From NCBI GenBank assembly GCA_964057225.1, contig OZ059898.1, forward strand, positions 2,790,001 to 2,854,000: a stretch of 64,000 nucleotides of DNA, given 5' to 3'. Positions within the stretch are counted from its first letter, which is position 1, and every line of letters starts with the position of its first letter. Under the pieces are notes generated by a model. It was not told where the DNA came from, did no database searches, and was given only the letters and a program-made list of their open reading frames with translations. Source of the stretch: Auanema rhodensis. Taxonomy: Eukaryota > Animalia > Nematoda. Position numbers and translations under genes: made by a program. Shown piece after piece: positions 40,201 to 56,300 of the stretch.

Positions 40201-43200
40201 AAGTTCACACTTATATCCTCGATTTTCACCCTGAAGAAATAATTTTTTCGTTGAATAACATTGTCCATCGTCTTCGCCTTGAAAAAAGGAATCTAAAAAC
40301 ATCTACTTTTTGCTAAATTATTTTGAAATTTTCCGAAAAAATTTTTGTCAAAATGTTTTTGGAAGCAATGTTGAGTGTACATGGAAACTCAACATACACT
40401 AATGCATCATTTTTCAAACGATCATAACTAATTTTTGTATTAAGCGTTTTTCAATGTAGTATAGTGCATTCGATGCGGATTTCTAAGCTGCGTCGATCTG
40501 TGTTATCAGATTTGCGCTAGCTTAAAAATGCACCGAGATATCAACTGATATAAGTTCACACTTATATCCTCGATTTTCATCCTGAAGAATTAATTTTTTC
40601 GTTGAATAACATTGTCCATCGTCTTTGCCTTGAAAAATCGAATCTAAAAACATCTACTTTTCGCTAAATTATTTTGAAATTTTTCGAAAAAATTTTTGTC
40701 AAAATGTTTTTGGAAGCAATGTTGAGTGTACATGGAAACTCAACATACACTAATGCATCATTTTTCAAACGATCATAACTTATTTTTGTATTAAGCTTTT
40801 CTCAATGTAGTATAGTGCATTCGATGCGGATTTTTAAGCTGCGTCGATCTGTGTTATCAGATTTGCGCTAGCTTAAAAATGCACCGAGATATCAACTGAT
40901 ATAAGTTCACACTTATATCCTCGATTTTCACCCTGAAGAAATAATTTTTTCGTTGAATAACATTGTCCATCGTCTTCGCCTTGAAAAAAGGAATCTAAAA
41001 ACATCTACTTTTTGCTAAATTATTTTGAAATTTTCCGAAAAAATTTTTGTCAAAATGTTTTTGGAAGCAATGTTGAGTGTACATGGAAACTCAACATACA
41101 CTAATGCATCATTTTTCAAACGATCATAACTTATTTTTGTATTAAGCTTTTCTCAATGTAGTATAGTGCATTCGATGCGGATTTTTAAGCTGCGTCGATC
41201 TGTGTTATCAGATTTGCGCTAGCTTAAAAATGCACCGAGATATCAACTGATATAAGTTCACACTTATATCCTCGATTTTCACCCTGAAGAAATAATTTTT
41301 TCGTTGAATAACATTGTCCATCGTCTTCGCCTTGAAAAAAGGAATCTAAAAACATCTACTTTTCGCTAAATTATTTTGAAATTTTTCGAAAAAATTTTTG
41401 TCAAAATGTTTTTGGAAGCAATGTTGAGTGTACATGGAAACTCAACATACACTAATGCATCATTTTTCAAACGATCATAACTAATTTTTGTATTAAGCGT
41501 TTTTCAATGTAGTATAGTGCATTCGATGCGGATTTCTAAGCTGCGTCGATCTGTGTTATCAGATTTGCGCTAGCTTAAAAATGCACCGAGATATCAACTG
41601 ATATAAGTTCACACTTATATCCTCGATTTTCATCCTGAAGAATTAATTTTTTCGTTGAATAACATTGTCCATCGTCTTTGCCTTGAAAAATCGAATCTAA
41701 AAACATCTACTTTTCGCTAAATTATTTTGAAATTTTTCGAAAAAATTTTTGTCAAAATGTTTTTGGAAGCAATGTTGAGTGTACATGGAAACTCAACATA
41801 CACTAATGCATCATTTTTCAAACGATCATAACTTATTTTTGTATTAAGCTTTTCTCAATGTAGTATAGTGCATTCGATGCGGATTTTTAAGCTGCGTCGA
41901 TCTGTGTTATCAGATTTGCGCTAGCTTAAAAATGCACCGAGATATCAACTGATATAAGTTCACACTTATATCCTCGATTTTCACCCTGAAGAAATAATTT
42001 TTTCGTTGAATAACATTGTCCATCGTCTTCGCCTTGAAAAAAGGAATCTAAAAACATCTACTTTTTGCTAAATTATTTTGAAATTTTCCGAAAAAATTTT
42101 TGTCAAAATGTTTTTGGAAGCAATGTTGAGTGTACATGGAAACTCAACATACACTAATGCATCATTTTTCAAACGATCATAACTAATTTTTGTATTAAGC
42201 GTTTTTCAATGTAGTATAGTGCATTCGATGCGGATTTCTAAGCTGCGTCGATCTGTGTTATCAGATTTGCGCTAGCTTAAAAATGCACCGAGATATCAAC
42301 TGATATAAGTTCACACTTATATCCTCGATTTTCATCCTGAAGAATTAATTTTTTCGTTGAATAACATTGTCCATCGTCTTTGCCTTGAAAAATGGAATCT
42401 AAAAACATCTACTTTTTGCTAAATTATTTCGAAATTTTTCGAAAAAATTTTTGTCAAAATGTTTTTGGAAGCAATGTTGAGTGTACATGGAAACTCAACA
42501 TACACTAATGCATCATTTTTCAAACGATCATAACTAATTTTTGTATTAAGCGTTTTTCAATGTAGTATAGTGCATTCGATGCGGATTTTTAAGCTGCGTC
42601 GATCTGTGTTATCAGATTTGCGCTAGCTTAAAAATGCACCGAGATATCAACTGATATAAGTTCACACTTATATCCTCGATTTTCACCCTGAAGAATTAAC
42701 TTTTTCGTTGAATAACATTGTCCATCGTCTTTGCCTTAAAAAATGGAATCTAAAAACATCTACTTTTTGCTAAATTATTTCGAAATTTTTCGAAAAAATT
42801 TTTGTCAAAATGTTTTTGGAAGCAATGTTGAGTGTACATGGAAACTCAACATACACTAATGCATCATTTTTCAAACGATCATAACTAATTTTTGTATTAA
42901 GCGTTTTTCAATGTAGTATAGTGCATTCGATGCGGATTTTTAAGCTGCGTCGATCTGTGTTATCAGATTTGCGCTAGCTTAAAAATGCACCGAGATATCA
43001 ACTGATATAAGTTCACACTTATATCCTCGATTTTCACCCTGAAGAATTAACTTTTTCGTTGAATAACATTGTCCATCGTCTTTGCCTTGAAAAAAGGAAT
43101 CTAAAAACATCTACTTTTTGGTAAATTATTTTGAAATTTTTCGAAAAAATTTTTGTCAAAATGTTTTTGGAAGCAATGTTGAGTGTACATGGAAACTCAA

Positions 43201-46200
43201 CATACACTAATGCATCATTTTTCAAACGATCATAACTAATTTTTGTATTAAGCGTTTTTCAATGTAGTATAGTGCATTCGATGCGGATTTTTAAGCTGCG
43301 TCGATCTGTGTTATCAGATTTGCGCTAGCTTAAAAATGCACCGAGATATCAACTGATATAAGTTCACACTTATATCCTCGATTTTCATCCTGAAGAATTA
43401 ATTTTTTCGTTGAATAACATTGTCCATCGTCTTTGCCTTGAAAAATGGAATCTAAAAACATCTACTTTTTGCTAAATTATTTCGAAATTTTTCGAAAAAA
43501 TTTTTGTCAAAATGTTTTTGGAAGCAATGTTGAGTGTACATGGAAACTCAACATACACTAATGCATCATTTTTCAAACGATCATAACTAATTTTTGTATT
43601 AAGCGTTTTTCAATGTAGTATAGTGCATTCGATGCGGATTTTTAAGCTGCGTCGATCTGTGTTATCAGATTTGCGCTAGCTTAAAAATGCACCGAGATAT
43701 CAACTGATATAAGTTCACACTTATATCCTCGATTTTCACCCTGAAGAATTAACTTTTTCGTTGAATAACATTGTCCATCGTCTTTGCCTTAAAAAATGGA
43801 ATCTAAAAACATCTACTTTTTGCTAAATTATTTCGAAATTTTTCGAAAAAATTTTTGTCAAAATGTTTTTGGAAGCAATGTTGAGTGTACATGGAAACTC
43901 AACATACACTAATGCATCATTTTTCAAACGATCATAACTAATTTTTGTATTAAGCGTTTTTCAATGTAGTATAGTGCATTCGATGCGGATTTTTAAGCTG
44001 CGTCGATCTGTGTTATCAGATTTGCGCTAGCTTAAAAATGCACCGAGATATCAACTGATATAAGTTCACACTTATATCCTCGATTTTCACCCTGAAGAAA
44101 TAATTTTTTCGTTGAATAACATTGTCCATCGTCTTTGCCTTGAAAAAAGGAATCTAAAAACATCTACTTTTTGCTAAATTATTTTGAAATTTTTCGAAAA
44201 AATTTTTGTCAAAATGTTTTTGGAAGCAGTGTTGAGTGTACATGGAAACTCAACATACACTAATGCATCATTTTTCAAACGATCATAACTAATTTTTGTA
44301 TTAAGCGTTTTTCAATGTAGTATAGTGCATTCGATGCGGATTTTTAAGCTGCGTCGATCTGTGTTATCAGATTTGCGCTAGCTTAAAAATGCACCGAGAT
44401 ATCAACTGATATAAGTTCACACTTATATCCTCGATTTTCACCCTGAAGAAATAATTTTTTCGTTGAATAACATTGTCCATCGTCTTTGCCTTGAAAAAAG
44501 GAATCTAAAAACATTTACTTTTTGCTAAATTATTTTGAAATTTTTCGAAAAAATTTTTGTCAAAATGTTTTTGGAAGCAGTGTTGAGTGTACATGGAAAC
44601 TCAACATACACTAATGCATCATTTTTCAAACGATCATAACTAATTTTTGTATCAAGCGTTTTTCAATGTAGTATAGTGCATTCGATGCGGATTTTTAAGC
44701 TGCGTCGATCTGTGTTATCAGATTTGCGCTAGCTTAAAAATGCACCGAGATATCAACTGATACAAGTTCACACTTATATCCTCGATTTTCACCCTGAAGA
44801 AATAATTTTTTCGTTGAATAACATTGTCCATCGTCTTTGCCTTGAAAAAAGGAATCTAAAAACATCTACTTTTTGCTAAATTATTTTGAAATTTTTCGAA
44901 AAAATTTTTGTCAAAATGTTTTTGGAAGCAATGTTGAGTGTACATGGAAACTCAACATACACTAATGCATCATTTTTCAAACGATCATAACTTATTTTTG
45001 TATTAAGCTTTTCTCAATGTAGTATAGTGCATTCGATGCGGATTTTTAAGCTGCGTCGATCTGTGTTATCAGATTTGCGCTAGCTTAAAAATGCACCGAG
45101 ATATCAACTGATATAAGTTCACACTTATATCCTCGATTTTCACCCTGAAGAAATAATTTTTTCGTTGAATAACATTGTCCATCGTCTTTGCCTTGAAAAA
45201 AGGAATCTAAAAACATCTACTTTTTGCTAAATTATTTTGAAATTTTCCGAAAAAATTTTTGTCAAAATGTTTTTGGAAGCAATGTTGAGTGTACATGGAA
45301 ACTCAACATACACTAATGCATCATTTTTCAAACGATCATAACTAATTTTTGTATTAAGCGTTTTTCAATGTAGTATAGTGCATTCGATGCGGATTTCTAA
45401 GCTGCGTCGATCTGTGTTATCAGATTTGCGCTAGCTTAAAAATGCACCGAGATATCAACTGATATAAGTTCACACTTATATCCTCGATTTTCATCCTGAA
45501 GAATTAATTTTTTCGTTGAATAACATTGTCCATCGTCTTTGCCTTGAAAAATCGAATCTAAAAACATCTACTTTTCGCTAAATTATTTTGAAATTTTTCG
45601 AAAAAATTTTTGTCAAAATGTTTTTGGAAGCAATGTTGAGTGTACATGGAAACTCAACATACACTAATGCATCATTTTTCAAACGATCATAACTTATTTT
45701 TGTATTAAGCTTTTCTCAATGTAGTATAGTGCATTCGATGCGGATTTTTAAGCTGCGTCGATCTGTGTTATCAGATTTGCGCTAGCTTAAAAATGCACCG
45801 AGATATCAACTGATATAAGTTCACACTTATATCCTCGATTTTCACCCTGAAGAAATAATTTTTTCGTTGAATAACATTGTCCATCGTCTTCGCCTTGAAA
45901 AAAGGAATCTAAAAACATCTACTTTTTGCTAAATTATTTTGAAATTTTCCGAAAAAATTTTTGTCAAAATGTTTTTGGAAGCAATGTTGAGTGTACATGG
46001 AAACTCAACATACACTAATGCATCATTTTTCAAACGATCATAACTAATTTTTGTATTAAGCGTTTTTCAATGTAGTATAGTGCATTCGATGCGGATTTTC
46101 AAGCTGCGTCGATCTGTGTTATCAGATTTGCGCTAGCTTAAAAATGCACCGAGATATCAACTGATATAAGTTCACACTTATATCCTCGATTTTCATCCTG

Positions 46201-49200
46201 AAGAATTAATTTTTTCGTTGAATAACATTGTCCATCGTCTTTGCCTTGAAAAATGGAATCTAAAAACATCTACTTTTCGCTAAATTATTTTGAAATTTTT
46301 CGAAAAAATTTTTGTCAAAATGTTTTTGGAAGCAATGTTGAGTGTACATGGAAACTCAACATACACTAATGCATCATTTTTCAAACGATCATAACTAATT
46401 TTTGTATTAAGCGTTTTTCAATGTAGTATAGTGCATTCGATGCGGATTTTCAAGCTGCGTCGATCTGTGTTATCAGATTTGCGCTAGCTTAAAAATGCAC
46501 CGAGATATCAACTGATATAAGTTCACACTTATATCCTCGATTTTCATCCTGAAGAATTAATTTTTTCGTTGAATAACATTGTCCATCGTCTTTGCCTTGA
46601 AAAAAGGAATCTAAAAACATCTACTTTTTGCTAAATTATTTTGAAATTTTTCGAAAAAATTTTTGTCAAAATGTTTTTGGAAGCAATGTTGAGTGTACAT
46701 GGAAACTCAACATACACTAATGCATCATTTTTCAAACGATCATAACTTATTTTTGTATTAAGCTTTTCTCAATGTAGTATAGTGCATTCGATGCGGATTT
46801 TTAAGCTGCGTCGATCTGTGTTATCAGATTTGCGCTAGCTTAAAAATGCACCGAGATATCAACTGATATAAGTTCACACTTATATCCTCGATTTTCACCC
46901 TGAAGAAATAATTTTTTCGTTGAAGAACATTGTCCATCGTCTTCGCCTTGAAAAAAGGAATCTAAAAACATCTACTTTTTGCTAAATTATTTTGAAATTT
47001 TCCGAAAAAATTTTTGTCAAAATGTTTTTGGAAGCAATGTTGAGTGTACATGGAAACTCAACATACACTAATGCATCATTTTTCAAACGATCATAACTAA
47101 TTTTTGTATTAAGCGTTTTTCAATGTAGTATAGTGCATTCGATGCGGATTTTCAAGCTGCGTCGATCTGTGTTATCAGATTTGCGCTAGCTTAAAAATGC
47201 ACCGAGATATCAACTGATATAAGTTCACACTTATATCCTCGATTTTCATCCTGAAGAATTAATTTTTTCGTTGAATAACATTGTCCATCGTCTTTGCCTT
47301 GAAAAAAGGAATCTAAAAACATCTACTTTTTGCTAAATTATTTTGAAATTTTTCGAAAAAATTTTTGTCAAAATGTTTTTGGAAGCAATGTTGAGTGTAC
47401 ATGGAAACTCAACATACACTAATGCATCATTTTTCAAACGATCATAACTTATTTTTGTATTAAGCTTTTCTCAATGTAGTATAGTGCATTCGATGCGGAT
47501 TTTTAAGCTACGTCGATCTGTGTTATCAGATTTGCGCTAGCTTAAAAATGCACCGAGATATCAACTGATATAAGTTCACACTTATATCCTCGATTTTCAC
47601 CCTGAAGAAATAATTTTTTCGTTGAATAACATTGTCCATCGTCTTCGCCTTGAAAAAAGGAATCTAAAAACATCTACTTTTTGCTAAATTATTTTGAAAT
47701 TTTCCGAAAAAATTTTTGTCAAAATGTTTTTGGAAGCAATGTTGAGTGTACATGGAAACTCAACATACACTAATGCATCATTTTTCAAACGATCATAACT
47801 AATTTTTGTATTAAGCGTTTTTCAATGTAGTATAGTGCATTCGATGCGGATTTCTAAGCTGCGTCGATCTGTGTTATCAGATTTGCGCTAGCTTAAAAAT
47901 GCACCGAGATATCAACTGATATAAGTTCACACTTATATCCTCGATTTTCACCCTGAAGAAATAATTTTTTCGTTGAATAACATTGTCCATCGTCTTCGCC
48001 TTGAAAAAAGGAATCTAAAAACATCTACTTTTTGCTAAATTATTTTGAAATTTTCCGAAAAAATTTTTGTCAAAATGTTTTTGGAAGCAATGTTGAGTGT
48101 ACATGGAAACTCAACATACACTAATGCATCATTTTTCAAACGATCATAACTAATTTTTGTATTAAGCGTTTTTCAATGTAGTATAGTGCATTCGATGCGG
48201 ATTTCTAAGCTGCGTCGATCTGTGTTATCAGATTTGCGCTAGCTTAAAAATGCACCGAGATATCAACTGATATAAGTTCACACTTATATCCTCGATTTTC
48301 ATCCTGAAGAATTAATTTTTTCGTTGAATAACATTGTCCATCGTCTTTGCCTTGAAAAATCAAATCTAAAAACATCTACTTTTCGCTAAATTATTTTGAA
48401 ATTTTTCGAAAAAATTTTTGTCAAAATGTTTTTGGAAGCAATGTTGAGTGTACATGGAAACTCAACATACACTAATGCATCATTTTTCAAACGATCATAA
48501 CTTATTTTTGTATTAAGCTTTTCTCAATGTAGTATAGTGCATTCGATGCGGATTTTTAAGCTGCGTCGATCTGTGTTATCAGATTTGCGCTAGCTTAAAA
48601 ATGCACCGAGATATCAACTGATATAAGTTCACACTTATATCCTCGATTTTCACCCTGAAGAAATAATTTTTTCGTTGAATAACATTGTCCATCGTCTTCG
48701 CCTTGAAAAAAGGAATCTAAAAACATCTACTTTTTGCTAAATTATTTTGAAATTTTCCGAAAAAATTTTTGTCAAAATGTTTTTGGAAGCAATGTTGAGT
48801 GTACATGGAAACTCAACATACACTAATGCATCATTTTTCAAACGATCATAACTAATTTTTGTATTAAGCGTTTTTCAATGTAGTATAGTGCATTCGATGC
48901 GGATTTTTAAGCTGCGTCGATCTGTGTTATCAGATTTGCGCTAGCTTAAAAATGCACCGAGATATCAACTGATATAAGTTCACACTTATATCCTCGATTT
49001 TCATCCTGAAGAATTAATTTTTTCGTTGAATAACATTGTCCATCGTCTTTGCCTTGAAAAATGGAATCTAAAAACATCTACTTTTCGCTAAATTATTTTG
49101 AAATTTTTCGAAAAAATTTTTGTCAAAATGTTTTTGGAAGCAATGTTGAGTGTACATGGAAACTCAACATACACTAATGCATCATTTTTCAAACGATCAT

Positions 49201-52200
49201 AACTAATTTTTGTATTAAGCGTTTTTCAATGTAGTATAGTGCATTCGATGCGGATTTTCAAGCTGCGTCGATCTGTGTTATCAGATTTGCGCTAGCTTAA
49301 AAATGCACCGAGATATCAACTGATATAAGTTCACACTTATATCCTCGATTTTCATCCTGAAGAATTAATTTTTTCGTTGAATAACATTGTCCATCGTCTT
49401 TGCCTTGAAAAATCGAATCTAAAAACATCTACTTTTCGCTAAATTATTTTGAAATTTTTCGAAAAAATTTTTGTCAAAATGTTTTTGGAAGCAATGTTGA
49501 GTGTACATGGAAACTCAACATACACTAATGCATCATTTTTCAAACGATCATAACTAATTTTTGTATTAAGCGTTTTTCAATGTAGTATAGTGCATTCGAT
49601 GCGGATTTTCAAGCTGCGTCGATCTGTGTTATCAGATTTGCGCTAGCTTAAAAATGCACCGAGATATCAACTGATATAAGTTCACACTTATATCCTTGAT
49701 TTTCATCCTGAAGAATTAATTTTTTCGTTGAATAACATTGTCCATCGTCTTCGCCTTGAAAAAAGGAATCTAAAAACATCTACTTTTTGCTAAATTATTT
49801 TGAAATTTTCCGAAAAAATTTTTGTCAAAATGTTTTTGGAAGCAATGTTGAGTGTACATGGAAACTCAACATACACTAATGCATCATTTTTCAAACGATC
49901 ATAACTAATTTTTGTATTAAGCGTTTTTCAATGTAGTATAGTGCATTCGATGCGGATTTCTAAGCTGCGTCGATCTGTGTTATCAGATTTGCGCTAGCTT
50001 AAAAATGCACCGAGATATCAACTGATATAAGTTCACACTTATATCCTCGATTTTCATCCTGAAGAATTAATTTTTTCGTTGAATAACATTGTCCATCGTC
50101 TTTGCCTTGAAAAAAGGAATCTAAAAACATCTACTTTTTGCTAAATTATTTTGAAATTTTTCGAAAAAATTTTTGTCAAAATGTTTTTGGAAGCAATGTT
50201 GAGTGTACATGGAAACTCAACATACACTAATGCATCATTTTTCAAACGATCATAACTTATTTTTGTATTAAGCTTTTCTCAATGTAGTATAGTGCATTCG
50301 ATGCGGATTTTTAAGCTGCGTCGATCTGTGTTATCAGATTTGCGCTAGCTTAAAAATGCACCGAGATATCAACTGATATAAGTTCACACTTATATCCTCG
50401 ATTTTCACCCTGAAGAAATAATTTTTTCGTTGAATAACATTGTCCATCGTCTTCGCCTTGAAAAAAGGAATCTAAAAACATCTACTTTTTGCTAAATTAT
50501 TTTGAAATTTTCCGAAAAAATTTTTGTCAAAATGTTTTTGGAAGCAATGTTGAGTGTACATGGAAACTCAACATACACTAATGCATCATTTTTCAAACGA
50601 TCATAACTAATTTTTGTATTAAGCGTTTTTCAATGTAGTATAGTGCATTCGATGCGGATTTTCAAGCTGCGTCGATCTGTGTTATCAGATTTGCGCTAGC
50701 TTAAAAATGCACCGAGATATCAACTGATATAAGTTCACACTTATATCCTCGATTTTCATCCTGAAGAATTAATTTTTTCGTTGAATAACATTGTCCATCG
50801 TCTTCGCCTTGAAAAAAGGAATCTAAAAACATCTACTTTTCGCTAAATTATTTTGAAATTTTTCGAAAAAATTTTTGTCAAAATGTTTTTGGAAGCAATG
50901 TTGAGTGTACATGGAAACTCAACATACACTAATGCATCATTTTTCAAACGATCATAACTTATTTTTGTATTAAGCTTTTCTCAATGTAGTATAGTGCATT
51001 CGATGCGGATTTTTAAGCTGCGTCGATCTGTGTTATCAGATTTGCGCTAGCTTAAAAATGCACCGAGATATCAACTGATATAAGTTCACACTTATATCCT
51101 CGATTTTCACCCTGAAGAAATAATTTTTTCGTTGAATAACATTGTCCATCGTCTTCGCCTTGAAAAAAGGAATCTAAAAACATCTACTTTTTGCTAAATT
51201 ATTTTGAAATTTTTCGAAAAAATTTTTGTCAAAATGTTTTTGGAAGCAATGTTGAGTGTACATGGAAACTCAACATACACTAATGCATCATTTTTCAAAC
51301 GATCATAACTTATTTTTGTATTAAGCTTTTCTCAATGTAGTATAGTGCATTCGATGCGGATTTTTAAGCTGCGTCGATCTGTGTTATCAGATTTGCGCTA
51401 GCTTAAAAATGCACCGAGATATCAACTGATATAAGTTCACACTTATATCCTCGATTTTCACCCTGAAGAAATAATTTTTTCGTTGAATAACATTGTCCAT
51501 CGTCTTTGCCTTGAAAAATGGAATCTAAAAACATCTACTTTTTGCTAAATTATTTCGAAATTTTCCGAAAAAATTTTTGTCAAAATGTTTTTGGAAGCAA
51601 TGTTGAGTGTACATGGAAACTCAACATACACTAATGCATCATTTTTCAAACGATCATAACTAATTTTTGTATTAAGCGTTTTTCAATGTAGTATAGTGCA
51701 TTCGATGCGGATTTTTAAGCTGCGTCGATCTGTGTTATCAGATTTGCGCTAGCTTAAAAATGCACCGAGATATCAACTGATATAAGTTCACACTTATATC
51801 CTCGATTTTCATCCTGAAGAATTAATTTTTTCGTTGAATAACATTGTCCATCGTCTTTGCCTTGAAAAATCGAATCTAAAAACATCTACTTTTCGCTAAA
51901 TTATTTTGAAATTTTTCGAAAAAATTTTTGTCAAAATGTTTTTGGAAGCAATGTTGAGTGTACATGGAAACTCAACATACACTAATGCATCATTTTTCAA
52001 ACGATCATAACTTATTTTTGTATTAAGCTTTTCTCAATGTAGTATAGTGCATTCGATGCGGATTTTTAAGCTGCGTCGATCTGTGTTATCAGATTTGCGC
52101 TAGCTTAAAAATGCACCGAGATATCAACTGATATAAGTTCACACTTATATCCTCGATTTTCACCCTGAAGAAATAATTTTTTCGTTGAATAACATTGTCC

Positions 52201-53351
52201 ATCGTCTTCGCCTTGAAAAAAGGAATCTAAAAACATCTACTTTTTGCTAAATTATTTTGAAATTTTCCGAAAAAATTTTTGTCAAAATGTTTTTGGAAGC
52301 AATGTTGAGTGTACATGGAAACTCAACATACACTAATGCATCATTTTTCAAACGATCATAACTAATTTTTGTATTAAGCGTTTTTCAATGTAGTATAGTG
52401 CATTCGATGCGGATTTCTAAGCTGCGTCGATCTGTGTTATCAGATTTGCGCTAGCTTAAAAATGCACCGAGATATCAACTGATATAAGTTCACACTTATA
52501 TCCTCGATTTTCATCCTGAAGAATTAATTTTTTCGTTGAATAACATTGTCCATCGTCTTTGCCTTGAAAAATGGAATCTAAAAACATCTACTTTTTGCTA
52601 AATTATTTCGAAATTTTTCGAAAAAATTTTTGTCAAAATGTTTTTGGAAGCAATGTTGAGTGTACATGGAAACTCAACATACACTAATGCATCATTTTTC
52701 AAACGATCATAACTAATTTTTGTATTAAGCGTTTTTCAATGTAGTATAGTGCATTCGATGCGGATTTTTAAGCTGCGTCGATCTGTGTTATCAGATTTGC
52801 GCTAGCTTAAAAATGCACCGAGATATCAACTGATATAAGTTCACACATATATCCTCGATTTTCACCCTGAAGAATTAACTTTTTCGTTGAATAACATTGT
52901 CCATCGTCTTTGCCTTAAAAAATGGAATCTAAAAACATCTACTTTTTGCTAAATTATTTCGAAATTTTTCGAAAAAATTTTTGTCAAAATGTTTTTGGAA
53001 GCAATGTTGAGTGTACATGGAAACTCAACATACACTAATGCATCATTTTTCAAACGATCATAACTAATTTTTGTATTAAGCGTTTTTCAATGTAGTATAG
53101 TGCATTCGATGCGGATTTTTAAGCTGCGTCGATCTGTGTTATCAGATTTGCGCTAGCTTAAAAATGCACCGAGATATCAACTGATATAAGTTCACACTTA
53201 TATCCTCGATTTTCACCCTGAAGAATTAACTTTTTCGTTGAATAACATTGTCCATCGTCTTTGCCTTGAAAAAAGGAATCTAAAAACATCTACTTTTTGG
53301 TAAATTATTTTGAAATTTTTCGAAAAAATTTTTGTCAAAATGTTTTTGGAA

Positions 53352-56300
53352 GCAATGTTGAGTGTACATGGAAACTCAACATACACTAATGCATCATTTT
53401 TCAAACGATCATAACTAATTTTTGTATTAAGCGTTTTTCAATGTAGTATAGTGCATTCGATGCGGATTTTTAAGCTGCGTCGATCTGTGTTATCAGATTT
53501 GCGCTAGCTTAAAAATGCACCGAGATATCAACTGATATAAGTTCACACTTATATCCTCGATTTTCATCCTGAAGAATTAATTTTTTCGTTGAATAACATT
53601 GTCCATCGTCTTTGCCTTGAAAAAAGGAATCTAAAAACATCTACTTTTTGCTAAATTATTTTGAAATTTTTCGAAAAAAGTTTTGTCAAAATGTTTTTGG
53701 AAGCAATGTTGAGTGTACATGGAAACTCAACATACACTAATGCATCATTTTTCAAACGATCATAACTTATTTTTGTATTAAGCTTTTCTCAATGTAGTAT
53801 AGTGCATTCGATGCGGATTTTTAAGCTACGTCGATCTGTGTTATCAGATTTGCGCTAGCTTAAAAATGCACCGAGATATCAACTGATATAAGTTCACACT
53901 TATATCCTCGATTTTCACCCTGAAGAAATAATTTTTTCGTTGAATAACATTGTCCATCGTCTTCGCCTTGAAAAAAGGAATCTAAAAACATCTACTTTTT
54001 GCTAAATTATTTTGAAATTTTCCGAAAAAATTTTTGTCAAAATGTTTTTGGAAGCAATGTTGAGTGTACATGGAAACTCAACATACACTAATGCATCATT
54101 TTTCAAACGATCATAACTAATTTTTGTATTAAGCGTTTTTCAATGTAGTATAGTGCATTCGATGCGGATTTCTAAGCTGCGTCGATCTGTGTTATCAGAT
54201 TTGCGCTAGCTTAAAAATGCACCGAGATATCAACTGATATAAGTTCACACTTATATCCTCGATTTTCACCCTGAAGAAATAATTTTTTCGTTGAATAACA
54301 TTGTCCATCGTCTTCGCCTTGAAAAAAGGAATCTAAAAACATCTACTTTTTGCTAAATTATTTTAAAATTTTCCGAAAAAATTTTTGTCAAAATGTTTTT
54401 GGAAGCAATGTTGAGTGTACATGGAAACTCAACATACACTAATGCATCATTTTTCAAACGATCATAACTAATTTTTGTATTAAGCGTTTTTCAATGTAGT
54501 ATAGTGCATTCGATGCGGATTTCTAAGCTGCGTCGATCTGTGTTATCAGATTTGCGCTAGCTTAAAAATGCACCGAGATATCAACTGATATAAGTTCACA
54601 CTTATATCCTCGATTTTCATCCTGAAGAATTAATTTTTTCGTTGAATAACATTGTCCATCGTCTTTGCCTTGAAAAATCGAATCTAAAAACATCTACTTT
54701 TCGCTAAATTATTTTGAAATTTTTCGAAAAAATTTTTGTCAAAATGTTTTTGGAAGCAATGTTGAGTGTACATGGAAACTCAACATACACTAATGCATCA
54801 TTTTTCAAACGATCATAACTTATTTTTGTATTAAGCTTTTCTCAATGTAGTATAGTGCATTCGATGCGGATTTTTAAGCTGCGTCGATCTGTGTTATCAG
54901 ATTTGCGCTAGCTTAAAAATGCACCGAGATATCAACTGATATAAGTTCACACTTATATCCTCGATTTTCACCCTGAAGAAATAATTTTTTCGTTGAATAA
55001 CATTGTCCATCGTCTTCGCCTTGAAAAAAGGAATCTAAAAACATCTACTTTTTGCTAAATTATTTTGAAATTTTCCGAAAAAATTTTTGTCAAAATGTTT
55101 TTGGAAGCAATGTTGAGTGTACATGGAAACTCAACATACACTAATGCATCATTTTTCAAACGATCATAACTAATTTTTGTATTAAGCGTTTTTCAATGTA
55201 GTATAGTGCATTCGATGCGGATTTTTAAGCTGCGTCGATCTGTGTTATCAGATTTGCGCTAGCTTAAAAATGCACCGAGATATCAACTGATATAAGTTCA
55301 CACTTATATCCTCGATTTTCATCCTGAAGAATTAATTTTTTCGTTGAATAACATTGTCCATCGTCTTTGCCTTGAAAAATGGAATCTAAAAACATCTACT
55401 TTTCGCTAAATTATTTTGAAATTTTTCGAAAAAATTTTTGTCAAAATGTTTTTGGAAGCAATGTTGAGTGTACATGGAAACTCAACATACACTAATGCAT
55501 CATTTTTCAAACGATCATAACTAATTTTTGTATTAAGCGTTTTTCAATGTAGTATAGTGCATTCGATGCGGATTTCTAAGCTGCGTCGATCTGTGTTATC
55601 AGATTTGCGCTAGCTTAAAAATGCACCGAGATATCAACTGATATAAGTTCACACTTATATCCTCGATTTTCATCCTGAAGAATTAATTTTTTCGTTGAAT
55701 AACATTGTCCATCGTCTTTGCCTTGAAAAATCGAATCTAAAAACATCTACTTTTCGCTAAATTATTTTGAAATTTTTCGAAAAAATTTTTGTCAAAATGT
55801 TTTTGGAAGCAATGTTGAGTGTACATGGAAACTCAACATACACTAATGCATCATTTTTCAAACGATCATAACTTATTTTTGTATTAAGCTTTTCTCAATG
55901 TAGTATAGTGCATTCGATGCGGATTTTTAAGCTGCGTCGATCTGTGTTATCAGATTTGCGCTAGCTTAAAAATGCACCGAGATATCAACTGATATAAGTT
56001 CACACTTATATCCTCGATTTTCACCCTGAAGAAATAATTTTTTCGTTGAATAACATTGTCCATCGTCTTCGCCTTGAAAAAAGGAATCTAAAAACATCTA
56101 CTTTTTGCTAAATTATTTTGAAATTTTCCGAAAAAATTTTTGTCAAAATGTTTTTGGAAGCAATGTTGAGTGTACATGGAAACTCAACATACACTAATGC
56201 ATCATTTTTCAAACGATCATAACTAATTTTTGTATTAAGCGTTTTTCAATGTAGTATAGTGCATTCGATGCGGATTTTTAAGCTGCGTCGATCTGTGTTA

